Origin: Octopus sinensis
Taxonomy: Eukaryota
Assembly: GCF_006345805.1 (NCBI RefSeq)
Contig: NC_042998.1
Location: forward strand, 167,586,001 to 167,650,000
DNA length: 64,000 bases
Reading direction: 5' to 3'
The notes under the pieces were generated by a model, which was given only the letters and a program-made list of their open reading frames with translations, made no database searches and was not told where the DNA came from. A program made the translations under genes and the position numbers. Shown piece after piece: positions 12,461 to 24,900 of the stretch. Position 1 is the first letter of the stretch, and each line of letters opens with the position of its first letter.

Positions 12461-12903
12461 TGTGAAAGAAAGTTTGAAAATGCAATTTTAAAGATGTTTA
12501 TTCACTTGACCGGTTTCACAATTTTAGAAAAAGATTGTCAAAAGTAAAATGTAAAAGCATTGTATCAGCTTTGTTGTGTCAAGAGAAAATGTCAGAAAGA
12601 CAGGTCAGTTATTCCTCTACAATTTTTTGTAAGTTCTTAAATATATCTCCTTCTGTGTATATATTTATATACTACCAAACAAGCATGATTTTTATTGAAC
12701 TCAAAATGCTTTTTGGAGTATCGTTCTAATTACTTTCTTAAATACTTTCTTGTAAACTGTTTTTAACATTTTCTTATTATTATCAACACAACAAAGCTTA
12801 TACAAAGCTTTACATTTCACTTTTGATAATCTTTTTCTAAAAAAGTGAAACCGGTCAAGTGAATAAAGATTTTTGAAATTGCATTTGCAGACCTTCTTTC
12901 ATA
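12461..12903. mobile_element. Palindromic element with two inverted HHR-bearing arms
   Basis: Arms at about 12461-12600 and 12760-12903. Each carries ..ACTT-TTGAYAA-stem II-GAAACCGGTC-AAGTG-AATAAA. Confidence 0.75.
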
Positions 12904-12931
12904 CACACACACACACACACACACGCACACA

Positions 12932-12979
<48 letters not shown>

Positions 12980-12980
<1 letters not shown>

Positions 12981-13291
12981 AGTTAAGAACTGGAGTAGAT
13001 AAGATCCGAGCAACATATGTTTCATAGCGAGCGGAACCTCGGAAGTGATAAATATCCAAGTGAGGTGTATCTCGCAGGCTACCCTTCAGGCCAAGGATAT
13101 ATTGATTAAATGAAAGTTTAATTCTGTTTGAATCTTCCTTGTGTTAACATGTACCTTTCATTTAATCAAGATATCCTTGACCTGAAATGTAGCCTGCGGT
13201 ATACACCTCGCCTGGATATTTACCACTTCCGAGGTTCCGCTCGCTATGAAACATATTTAGCCCGGATCTCATCTACTCCATTCCTCAACTC
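12980..13291. mobile_element. Palindromic element with two inverted extended HHR-like arms
   Basis: Arms at 12980-13116 and 13155-13291, with a 38-nt spacer. Confidence 0.75.
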
Positions 13292-13489
13292 TTGTATTCT
13301 TATTCGCATATCCGGCAATTTTGGATGCCTACAGTGAAATATAAAAAGAACTTTTTTTCTATTTATCGTACTTCAATAAGAAAAAATCCACAACCTTCCG
13401 TCTCAATAAACCACTATTGTCCCTGAAAGATTTTTTAAAATATTGATTACGGTTTGCTTGAAGCTGACTTTCTTCATAAATCTCGATTC

Positions 13490-13845
13490 TTGGCTTTATG
13501 GTAAGAAGCTTGCTTCCCAATCACATAGTTCCAGGTTCAATTCCATTGCGTGGTACCTTGAGCAAGTGTCTTCTGCTATAGCCTTGGGTCGACCAAAGCC
13601 TTGTGAATGGATTTGGTAGACGGAAACTGAAAGAAGCCCGTCGTGTATGTATGTTTGTGCTTGTCCTCACCACCATCGCTTGACAACCGATGTTGGTGTG
13701 TTTACTTCCGCGTAACTTAGCGGTTTGAAAAATGTAACGATAGAATAAGTACTAGGCTTACAAAAAATAAGCGTTGGGTCGATTTTTTCGTCTAAATGCA
13801 GTGATCCAGAATGGCCACACTCAAACGACTGAAACAAGCAAATGA
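13490..13845 (+). mobile_element. Composite tRNA-derived SINE
   Basis: Paralogue of 3444-3838. Confidence 0.88.
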
Positions 13846-13846
13846 A

Positions 13847-13911
<65 letters not shown>

Positions 13912-13913
<2 letters not shown>

Positions 13914-14962
13914 TATACTATACTAAAACTCAAAGTTTGTCTGTTTTCCTGCCCTTAGATCAAGGATGAAGCAGATTACAAATAAAATAGTCATTTCCCC
14001 CTTTAAGAAAAAAAAAACAAATCAAGTTGAAAATGTCGATTTGCGTCACTTTAAAGAGTCGTCGCAGCAACCACTGTCCGTCCTTTTTTTCTTACTTTCT
14101 TGTTTCGTCCCTTAATCATTTATACAACTTTCGGCGTGCCGTGGATGAAAGATAGAAATTCTCCCTGTATTTTTATGAGATATTTTTGAATCAGGGGTAC
14201 TTGATTTTTTTTCTTTCTTAAGGTAGATAAACAGATAGAGAGGCTATCTCTTTATAGTCGAAGATCAGTTGCAATGGACGGAGTTGAATCGCATACGAAT
14301 GGAAAAACAATCAACAATAAATGGGTTGTACCTTGTAATGAAACTCTTTTAAGAGCATTCAAATGCCACTGCAACGTTGAAATCGTTGCTCAGTGAGGTC
14401 AGTTAAGTGCGTCATCAAGTACACGCTGAAAGGAATGACCAAACTGCTGTTCAAATAAACAATGATAACGAAATTAGTCAATATCTAATAGGTAAGTATA
14501 TTGGACCATCTGAAGCAGTTGCATCCATTTTATAGTTTTCAATTCATGAAAGAGCACCTGCAATAGTGATACTGCAAGTTCATATACCAGATGAACAAAG
14601 AATATTGTTCATAAATAATGAGGATATAGCTGTCAATGAACATTGACAGAATTATTTTCATTGTGCATTAAGGATGACTTTGCAAAAACATTACTTTATG
14701 CTGAAGTACCCATGTATACCACTTGGAACAATAGTAACAAAGAATGGCAAAGAAGAAAGCGAGGAAAAATTTGAATACCATTTAAACTTTTCCAAAAAGA
14801 AACACTTGGTCGTGTTTATGTTGTCACTCCAAAGGCAGTAGAACTGTTTTATATAAGAATCTTATTACATGAAGTTTGAAATAGTATTTTTTCCTCTGCT
14901 ACCGTGCAACGACATTTTCAACCCGGAGTGGTTGTAATCCAACGGGTCACAGGTACATCTAG
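13912..14962 (+). mobile_element. Internally deleted Helitron with RepHel coding remnant
   Basis: 14300-14875 translates to INNKWVVP...CHCNVEI...VKCVIKY.LKG...NEISQYL.GKYIGPSEA...IHERAPAIV.LQVHIPDEQ...LGRVYVVTP...FYIRILLHEV. The 3' end has an ACCCG...CGGGT hairpin, then CTAG at 14959-14962 followed by T. The 5' end is degenerate. Confidence 0.88.
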
Positions 14963-15041
14963 TATGTATATGTGTGTGTGTGTGTATTTGTATGTGTGCA
15001 TACTGCACAAACATACATGCACACATACATGCATATATATT

Positions 15042-15086
<45 letters not shown>

Positions 15087-15462
15087 TTTAAAAACTGGAG
15101 GGAATAAAATATATGATGTAATCTTCTTTATATGTTAGATACTCGTTTCAACATTGTCAGTATTTTATTATATACTACAGGTAGGCATTTCCCCATAAAC
15201 CATAAATATAAGTTCTTTAATCCAAATATCGCTACGGTGAGCATTGATGGCGCCAAAACTTTCGTTGCTTCAGTAACCAGTATAGGAAGTACGAACTTGC
15301 ACAATTATTCTTCTTTATGGTATTATTTTCAATTCTATTACCTTGTCTTCCACCCCGACGCTATGGGACTTTCGAAAGCATTACTATATCAATCATCTCT
15401 CTCTCTCTCTCTCTTTTTTTTCTCCCTCCTGCAAGTATCTCAGGAGTCTGCAGAATCGGACT

Positions 15463-15718
15463 TTATCCTGGTGTTTGTGGCGTTTAAATGAGACTCTCCT
15501 TCTTACTCTGAGACAAGTTCTTCAGAAAGTTAACTCACAGCTGCTCCTTGTATTCATTTTCAATCGAGTGGATTGGTGCAACGTGATTTAAAGTACTTGC
15601 TGAACGATACAACACATGCCAGTCCAGGAATCTAACCTAAGACTCATCGTAAACCAATACCTAAAATAATAAACTAGGGGCCATACACGCACACAAACTC
15701 GCATTCACACACATCATA

Positions 15719-15749
<31 letters not shown>

Positions 15750-15792
15750 TGTGTTGTTGATGTAGGTATGTATGTATGTATATGTATGTATG

Positions 15793-15823
<31 letters not shown>

Positions 15824-15977
15824 TATTATATATATAATAATATTATATATATGTATATATATATCTATACATACAGAAGATAGATAGATAGATAAATAGA
15901 TAAGACTTACTTGAAAAGGATGCGTGGCGTTTGGTCATATAATATATAAATAATTATAATATTATTTATATTGTTTG

Positions 15978-16009
<32 letters not shown>

Positions 16010-16343
16010 ATATATTATATATATATAATATATATATATAATATAATCATACATACATACATACATACATACATACATACATACTATTTATTGATGTGTG
16101 TGAATGCGAGTTGTGTGCGTGTATGGCCCCTAGTTTATTATTTTAGGTATGGTTTACGAGGAGTCTTAGGTTAGATTCCTGGACTGGCATGTATTGTATC
16201 GTTCAGCAAGTACTTTAAATCACGTTGCACCAATCCACTCGATTGAAAATGAATACAAGCAGCAGCTGTGAGTTAACTTTCTGAAGAACTTGTCTCAGAG
16301 TAAGAAGGAGAGTGTCATTTAAACGCCACAAACACCAGGATAA
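15463..16343. repeat. Local inverted duplication, ~255-bp arms plus microsatellite
   Basis: 15463-15716 is the reverse complement of 16092-16343, with about half a dozen differences. Confidence 0.95.
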
Positions 16344-16361
16344 TATATATATATATATATA

Positions 16362-16412
<51 letters not shown>

Positions 16413-16489
16413 ATAAATATATATATAATATATATATGCATACATACATATATATAATATATACACACTCACATACACACACATATGAT

Positions 16490-16900
16490 GAGCAAAAACA
16501 AGTAAAAGACACAACGCAAGAAACAAGTTTTAACAAGAGTATTACTACTATAATGTTTGAAAAAATGGGAAAGGACTTTTAACGTTTCGGGTGATAGTTC
16601 TTCACCAGAAAAAAAAGGAAAGAACAGGAAAAAGATGGTAGGAAGAAGAAGGAGACAAGTGAAAAATTTTAGTGGCCGGAAGGAAATGCGGTTCTATCAG
16701 GAAGAGTTACAGAGTTGGAGGCGGAGTGGTGTGTACATCTTTAGGAGGGGAGCCGCGTATGAAGTAGGGAGGTGAGCATAGAGGGAGGTGTGAGAGTGGT
16801 GTGAGGTGCGAGTTGTTACTAGGTGTTGGTGTGGGGGTGCGCAGCACATATATGCCTATGTGTGTGTAGTGTGAAGCTGTTTTTATTTGTTTGTAATGTC
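16490..16900 (-). mobile_element. Diverged Penelope-type pLTR with HHR-like motif
   Basis: The - strand reads TTTT-CTGGTGA-A-GAACTATCACCC-GAAACGT-T-AAAA (16577-16612), in a context similar to the 1806 family. Confidence 0.55.
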
Positions 16901-18948
16901 CACAGTAAGAAAATAGCAGCCTAAATATTTTTAAATGTATTTATTTTCATTTGATATAAAATGCATACACATATACATATATGAGCTTGCCTGTTAGCGC
17001 ATGTCTATGTGAGTACGTGCGTGTGTGTATGTATCAGCTAAAGATAACAGAGAGGAAGAAACGTCAGGCGAATATAGGATGATATATACACTTGAGGCAT
17101 TTTTAATTAAATAGCTTCTCAAGCGACATATGCTGCAACAGTGAACTTACAATCTAAGCACATTCTCTCAATCATTTCTCCCCTCGAACACTGACCTACT
17201 CTATACATACTCACGCATACACACGCACGCACACACACACACACACACACGCATATATACAGATATATATATACAGATATATATATATATTTATATACAT
17301 ATACATACTTATAGATATATAGACATATACACACATACATCCATACATACATAAACTCACACACATATATATATGTATGTATGTATCTATATATTTCGTG
17401 ATGGCATATCTGGCGTATTTATATACATACATACATACATACATACATACATACATACATACATACATACATACACACACACATACTCACACACACACAT
17501 ATATATATATATTTACGTATACGTATGTGGTGTATATATTTGAATGCGTGTATTTATATGCATGTATAAAACTAACGACCCGCATTTATAAATACATTCA
17601 TATATAAAAATAATTATGGAAAAAAAAGAAAGAATCGATTCTGTAAAGAAAGAGGAAGGATTAAGGGGATTAGGTCGAAGAATTAGCCTAAATTTGGAAA
17701 AGAGATGGCGGTTGGGTGGGAATGAAGGATTAGCCTTGAATTTGTGAAAAAGAGAGAAAAGTATTTGGCGTAAAAAATATTTCCTGTTAGATTTCTTGGC
17801 ATGTGATCCTGTCAAAAGAAATTTTCGTTCAATTGTTCTACGTCGAAAAGAAGAATTCGTTGGTGACATCTGTTTATATTGTTAGGAAGATGTTACAATG
17901 TCTAAGTGTCAGCTTCGTCAGTCGGCTTTACATGGCTTTGTTTTGTTGGTATTATTATTGAAGGGGTCACTTTGTGACACTCGACAGAGAAGTATTATGT
18001 CAACTAATAAGAACATTGTAGCAGAGCTATAGCCAACTCTTAGCCTAACGCAAACAGACGTGAAAAGCGACCGCCCAACCTGGCTCAGCATAGCTTAACA
18101 TCAGCAAAGACGAGAGCCATTGAGCCTTATACCTTACGTTCTTGCTACGGTTTACAACGTTAGTGACTAAATATAAAAAAGTGGAAAAAGAAACTACTTG
18201 GAGTAGGGAAGATAGGAGATAAAAAAAAGTAAAAACAAATGCTTGTTGAAGGGCATATAAAACAAATAATCGAGAGGCTAAATAAGCAAATATTATCCTC
18301 ACCACACAAAAAGATATTCTGTGACATAGCCAAAATTACTGCTTGACAAAAACATTGCTATACACTTACAGCCTCACCACCACCAACACCAAAAAAAAAA
18401 AAAAGAAAAAAGAAAAAAAGGGAGCATTTTCATTGTTTCTAAGCTGAAGAAGAAACGTCGGAAAAAGTAAGAGAAAATTGGGAATGACAAGCGATAAATG
18501 AAATCAGGAACAGCAAAGTGTTCAGTAGAAGCTATTTCACGAAGATCAGTTTATACAATTAAACAATTTCCATTAATTTCATAGTAACCCACTCGATATA
18601 ATTTTGCATTTTATATACATACATGTGCGCGCGCGCGTGTCTGTGTGTGTGTGTGTGTGTGTGTACAAACTTGTTACCAGTTCAACTATGCTTGGAGCAT
18701 ATCTGAACCCATATGAAAACCACTTATTGTGTTTCGTCATGAAGAAAATTTCTCGTAGTAGGCAAATAGGTGGTAAACACGCCAAGTCAGTTCGAAGTAC
18801 CTTCTACCAATCTGATGGACGCATGCATTTCAGAGTGAGTATCTGTTTTCAGCGCATCAGATATAGGAAAGGGGAACGCTACGAATTGACAAGAGGTGTG
18901 TGTGTATATATATATATGTGTGTGTGTGTGCGCGTGTGTGTGTGTGTA

Positions 18949-18999
<51 letters not shown>

Positions 19000-19107
19000 T
19001 GTGTGTATGTATTAAAAAATTTAGATTCAGATGAATATGGTACTTAAGTTGAGGCACCAGAATTTAGTATGGTATTATCCATACAATTTCAAAATAAGGT
19101 GATTAAA

Positions 19108-19430
19108 ATCAAAATAAGCAACAAGGATATCCAGAGGTAATGCTGTACGATCGTTTCATGCAACTCCATTTAATTGAACAATGCAATCATTTCATTACAT
19201 CAATTTAAAATGTAAAGCAATCTTCAGCTGCACAAATTCATAGAATTTAATTAAATTAGAAGGACACATTAGTATAATTTTAACCAAAATCTCCAAGAGG
19301 ATAAGGAGTTAGACAAAGAACATGTTTTACCAACAACATCATTGTTGTAACAACATAGTTAAATGGAGTCGCATGAAACGACGTACTGCATTACCTGTGG
19401 ATATCCTGTTGCCTATTTTGATACCCCCCC
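19108..19430. mobile_element. MITE with ~75-bp terminal inverted repeats
   Basis: ATCAAAATAAGCAACAAGGATATCCAGAGGTAATGC.GTACG.. versus ..CGTACTGCATTACCTGTGGATATCCTGTTGCCTATTTTGAT. Confidence 0.75.
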
Positions 19431-19440
19431 CCATATATAT

Positions 19441-19482
<42 letters not shown>

Positions 19483-20563
19483 GAATATATTGCATATTTA
19501 ATGTTTTACATTTCAAATGTATATTTAAGCCATGCTCACTTTTTTGTGCTTGTATGAAACAGGTATGGTTACATCCAGTTATCAAATATTTCCATTTTAA
19601 ACTAGACTTTCTTCGTCAGCAGTAACCACCAGTGAGTGATTATCATAATTAATTAACAGGACTTAAGCATGCGACTCTACTATGTAGCTCTATTTTAATT
19701 CATTTATTCGCAATTGCTCTTCTTTCATTTACTTACTAGCTTGCATTAAAAGGAAAAAATACGTAAATCTTAAATCTGATGACTACTCAATAGTGGACAT
19801 TCCTAAAATGAGTTGCATAGATAAACATGGAAAACTCACTTTATCACATCCTACCATCTTAAAAAGTAGGAGAAATTAAGTAATATGATCTTGAGTACTC
19901 CATGCCTGAAAAATAATGTCACGGTTGGAAAACAGTTAATCATAGATCTGCATGGTCGAAGCTCACCCAGAATTTGGCATAGACTAACGTCTAACAATTC
20001 AAATTTCCAGTTAATTGTTTCACTTTTTATCCCAGATAGCGTTCTAAAGTAGTTTTGAAATTAAAAAAAAATCATAAGCAGATTTTCCCAGAAAAATGTA
20101 TAATGTTTTATACACTGCTAAGCGCTTTGTCGATTTGTAGATGAAATTTTTAAGAATTTATCAGACCAATCACTAGATGCTATAACTTCACTGCAATATC
20201 ATTAAATTTGATAAAAGGGCTGAATTCTGGTTTAAGCAACCCATATAACCTCTCGTAACTTTTTCATTTTTTGGAATTTTTAGTAAACCTTTGCAAATTT
20301 GTGTTCTACACACGGGAATTCATACGATTAGGAAAGTATGACTTGTGTCATATAAGTGCGATTTAGCTGTTTCTTTAGCACATCTCAAGACATTCCTCGT
20401 TTCTTTGTCACATCGACATGTATTGATGTTTTTCAATATTTTCTGCTCATAAACACATTTAAGGGAATGGTAATGCACCCAAGTGTGGTCCATTGCTGGA
20501 ATTTAAGCAAAATTCGGACTGTCTATCTTTTAAACTGATTTTTTAAAAAATGCATAGGTGTAG

Positions 20564-20663
20564 NNNNNNNNNNNNNNNNNNNNNNNNNNNNNNNNNNNNN
20601 NNNNNNNNNNNNNNNNNNNNNNNNNNNNNNNNNNNNNNNNNNNNNNNNNNNNNNNNNNNNNNN
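20564..20663. other. Assembly gap (100 N)
   Basis: Exactly 100 N, a typical scaffolding spacer. True distance and adjacency across it are unknown. Confidence 0.99.
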
Positions 20664-21016
20664 ACACATGCACACACAGAAGAGAGGGGAAGGGACAGAC
20701 ACACACACACATACACACATACACGCACGCGCACACACACACACACACATACACACACACACGGAGAGACGCACGCATGCTCATCATTACAACAATTTTT
20801 TCCTTCTCACATGTTCTTACTTTGCACGTGCGAATTTATCTCTCTTTCTCATTGACTATTTCCTTCTCTCTTCCCGCCTTTCGTTCTCTCTCACATTCCT
20901 TCTTTATGTCTCTCTTCCCGTTTCTCTTTCCTTCGTTCTTTCTTTATGCCTTTGTCATTTTCTTTCTCCTTCTCTCTTCCTCTTTCACTTTTACTTTCGA
21001 TTCCTCCCATCGACTT

Positions 21017-21057
<41 letters not shown>

Positions 21058-21227
21058 CTCTCTTTTTCTCTGTCTGTTTCTCAAGTTCTCTTCCTGTCTG
21101 TCTCTCTTTCTCCATAATATACGTCTTCCTCAATTTTTCTCTCTGTCTGTCCGTTTCTCTTCCTCTCTGTCTCTATTTCTATAGTTTTGTCTACCTGCTT
21201 GTCGTCTGTTTCTGTTGTTCTCTGCCC

Positions 21228-21305
<78 letters not shown>

Positions 21306-21430
21306 ATCTTTTTTATTGTCCCTATTTCTCTGTCGTTTCTCTCTCTCTCTTCCTGTCTCTTGTCCTGCCAGTCGGTCTGTCTGACTCTCTCCTTTTCCCC
21401 TCACTCTCTCTTCACTTTCAACACCTTTTC
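20664..21430. repeat. CA- then CT-rich low complexity with (CT)n and (CTAT)n
   Basis: Read directly. Confidence 0.9.
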
Positions 21431-21446
21431 TATTTCTCTATGACTA

Positions 21447-21861
21447 GGCGGCGAGCTGGCAGAAACGTTAGCGTGCCAGGCGAAATGCTTAGCGGTATTT
21501 CGTCTGCCGCTACGTTCTGAGTTCAAATTCCGCCGAGGTCGACTTTGCCTTTCATCCTTTCGGGGTCGATTAAATAAGTACCAGTTACGCACTGGGGTCG
21601 ATATAATCGACTTAATCCGTTTGTCTGTCCTTGTTTGTCCTCTCTGTGTTTAGCCCCTTGTGGGTAGTAAAGAAATAGGTATTTCGTCTGCCTTTACGTT
21701 CTGAGTTAAAATTTCGCCGAGGTCGACTTTGCCTTTCATCCTTTCGGGGTCAAATAAATAAGTACCAGTTACGCACTGGGGTCGATATAATCGACTTAAT
21801 CCGTGTGTCTGTCCTTGTTTGTCCCCTCTATGTTTAGCCCATTGTGGGCAATAAAGAAATA
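21447..21861 (+). mobile_element. Young SINE with internal tandem duplication and 16-bp TSD
   Basis: TATTTCTCTATGACTA occurs at 21431-21446 and 21862-21877. The body GGCGGCGAGCTGGCAGAA...GAGTTCAAATTCCGCCGAGGTCGAC has its 3' ~190 bp duplicated. Confidence 0.93.
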
Positions 21862-22169
21862 TATTTCTCTATGACTATGTTCCTTCTCACTCTATCTTGC
21901 TCTCCTTTTCCCTTACTGACTCTCTCTCCCCCCTCTCTCTTTCTCTCTTTTTTTTTCTTTCTTAACATCTGCCATTGAGTGCAAGCAATGCAAACATACT
22001 CTGCTCTTATCTTGAAAATCACATGATATGAGTAAATCTTAAGTGAAAAATAAAATAAAATAAAATAGACTCCCCCACCACATACATACACGCACACACC
22101 AAAACACGTTATGTATATCCGTCTCTGTCTTTTTCTCCTTCTCCAACCTTCCCATTATCTCTCTTCACA

Positions 22170-22690
22170 CACCACCAACACACACACACTCACAAACAAA
22201 CACACCTACACACACACATGCATAAACACACGCGCGCACACACACACATGCTCTCTTTCATTCTAATATACACGCATACACACACACACCCCGCAGCATA
22301 CACACGTACCCTAACATACACACATACACACACTTACAAGGTCAAACACAATAACACGCATGCACACACATGCATATACACACGCACTCGCACGCACATG
22401 CACGCACACACACACACACTAGCATACACTTACAAAGACTAACATACCAACATGCACGGTAACACACACACACACACACACATATAAACACCAGCATACT
22501 CTCACAAACACTAACACACCAACACATACGGAAACGCACATGCATACACACACACAGAGACACGCAGACACCACACACACACTCACACTACACATACACA
22601 CACACACTGACACACACACTCACATACACACACACTGACACACACACAAACACATACACACATACATACACTGGCAAACACGCATGCACA
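22170..22690. repeat. Degenerate CA-rich simple repeat
   Basis: Read directly. Confidence 0.9.
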
Positions 22691-23203
22691 TAAAAAGCAT
22701 TTAAGTCTGCAGAAAGAACTAATCAAAGATAGGCACAAGGTCACACATTTGGGTGGGACAAGGAGAGAATTATAGTCGTTTATAGCCACCCTCTCCTTCT
22801 CAGTATTTAGTTGGCACTTATTTCATCGACCCTTGAGGGGGGTGACAAGCAAAGTTGACGTGGTGAGTTTTACACTAAGTACGTAAAGGGACGTAACTAA
22901 ATACTACAAGTCGCTTAATCAGTCGCTTTGTCGATTACGCCAGACATCGCGCGTTATACAGTTTTTTTTGAAACTGATTTTGTCGTAGAGCTCTTTAGTC
23001 CGTTCACGCCCGCCATATTCCCTGTGTTTTTTTGGACAATGTTTTTTTAAGAATGCTTGATAAGAAAGGTTTGCTAGTCCCTGTTTCAATCTCTTTCTAT
23101 TTCTTGGCGATAATGGACACTGCAAGTGGTTTTTCTGCAACATATAAAGTGAAGAGTAACCGCTTCTGAGAGAGCGGAGAAGAGATAGCTACCTAGGCGA
23201 CAT

Positions 23204-23204
<1 letters not shown>

Positions 23205-23295
<91 letters not shown>
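23205..23295. repeat. (GATA)n microsatellite
   Basis: Read directly. Confidence 0.98.
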
Positions 23296-23296
<1 letters not shown>

Positions 23297-23769
23297 CAGG
23301 GGTAAAGAAAGAGAGAGAAAGAAAGAATCGAGAGGCACTTTAGCTATCGAACTCAGAAGAATGAAAAAATAAAAAAAGAAAGGAAAGGTTGAATTCAGAC
23401 TCAGAATGCAACGAGACGAAATTCGGTGGAATTCGAAATCAGAATGCAAAGAGCCGAAACAAAAGGCACGAAATACTTTTACAAGCTTTCGATTAGTTTT
23501 AGGTAGGTAGACACAAGGCTATACATCTGAGAAGGAGAGGGGAATCAGTTAATTAACACAAGTTCTTGTTCTACCCTCTACCAAAGTTCTTTATATTGAG
23601 CACCGTAATCCAGGTGTCGAGACCTAAAAACACGTCCTCTATTTCTGGTGGTTCTCAAACTTCTATATTTAGTCTTAGATGTCACAACGTTCTACGACTT
23701 GCAAGGATAGACAGCTGCTTATTCTCAACTATATTCTATAGTAAGGTTGATCAGAGCTATGCAGGTCTC

Positions 23770-23817
<48 letters not shown>

Positions 23818-24084
23818 CTCACTCTCTCTCTCTCTCTCTCTCTCTCACTCTTTTTCTTTCTCCAGGACAGTTGTCCACCACTGAGTATGAGCACAAATGA
23901 CTCAAAACCATACGGTCTGGTGGTCCCATCAACAGCTGGAATATGATATAAATATGTCTGAAATAAAAGAATATATATATGTATGTGTGTCTCTCTCTCT
24001 CTCTCTATATATATATAGCGTGTGTGTTCTGTAAATAGTAATAATTTTAAGCTTTAAAGCTTATAAGCGATCACCGTGTAATGG

Positions 24085-24212
24085 CTAAAGAGACCGATAG
24101 AATAAGTACTAGGCTTACAAAGAATTAGTCTTTGGCTCGATTTGTTTGACTAAAGGCGGTGCTCCTGCGTGGCCGCAATTAAATGACTGAAAAAAGTAAG
24201 AGAATAAAAGAA
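24085..24212 (+). mobile_element. SINE tail fragment
   Basis: GAGACCGATAGAATAAGTACTAGGCTTACAAAG...ATGACTGAA. Confidence 0.85.
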
Positions 24213-24229
24213 TATATATACCAATAAAC

Positions 24230-24900
24230 TAATCAATTTGCAATTTTCCATGTTTTCCAGATAAGACATCTTGCCATACTGTACCAGTTTTTGAAAGAAT
24301 CAGTGAAATACCCATTGAGATTTTTAGCTAGAATGGGAACAGGCCGAAATCGTTTTGAGCCAGCCTTACCATGTTTTTCCAACTGAACAATGTTGAGAGG
24401 GCTAAGATAATCCAGGCCTTCAGTAATGATACCAACATTAATTCTCTGGGTTCCATCTAAAAAGTTCATTCAAGAACCATGAAGACAATTGTGAATTAGT
24501 TTGGGAAAGAGGAAACAGTGGGGAAGAAAACTGGATCAGGAGGTCATAACCGTAGGAGGCCAACATTTCAATCTGGAGTTTAAAAGATCAGTCATAAGAG
24601 ATCCAACTCAATCCATAAGACACTTGGCATAGAGAGAGGGGTTTCAGCTGTGGCAGTTCAAAGAACAGTGGCAGAAGACTTGAAAATGAAATTCTTCGTG
24701 AGACTTGTAAGGCACTTTGTTACTCCAGGACAAAAGGTTTGGGAGGGCGAAGATCATCTTGAACAAAGTGAAACAATCCTGGAGTGATCTTTTACACAGA
24801 TGAGGAATCCACCCAAGATACGCACAAAAACAGTAATCCTTAGATAAAGTGTGAGGCAAAGGAGGATGCTCTCAGTATAAAGTTCAGTTTATCTGACGGG
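24230..24900 (-). pseudogene. Possible ancient LINE RT relic
   Basis: Only weak frameshifted resemblance (MLASYG; SSF...TIV; RINVGI..G...LSP) to the KL.SYG / IN.GVPQGS.LSP motifs. Confidence 0.3.

Noticed and set aside
18445-18470. CTGAAGA-A-GAAACGTC
   Set aside because: There is no stem II, and stem I is out of register; compatible with chance.
19140-19395. GAAACGATCGT-A with an ATG/CAT stem in the MITE arms as an HHR
   Set aside because: No CTGANGA-like core and no stem I; better explained as TIR sequence.
22919-23143. 74-aa K/R-rich - strand ORF after a possible acceptor (TTGCAG)
   Set aside because: No recognisable homology, no clear donor, and no neighbouring exons.
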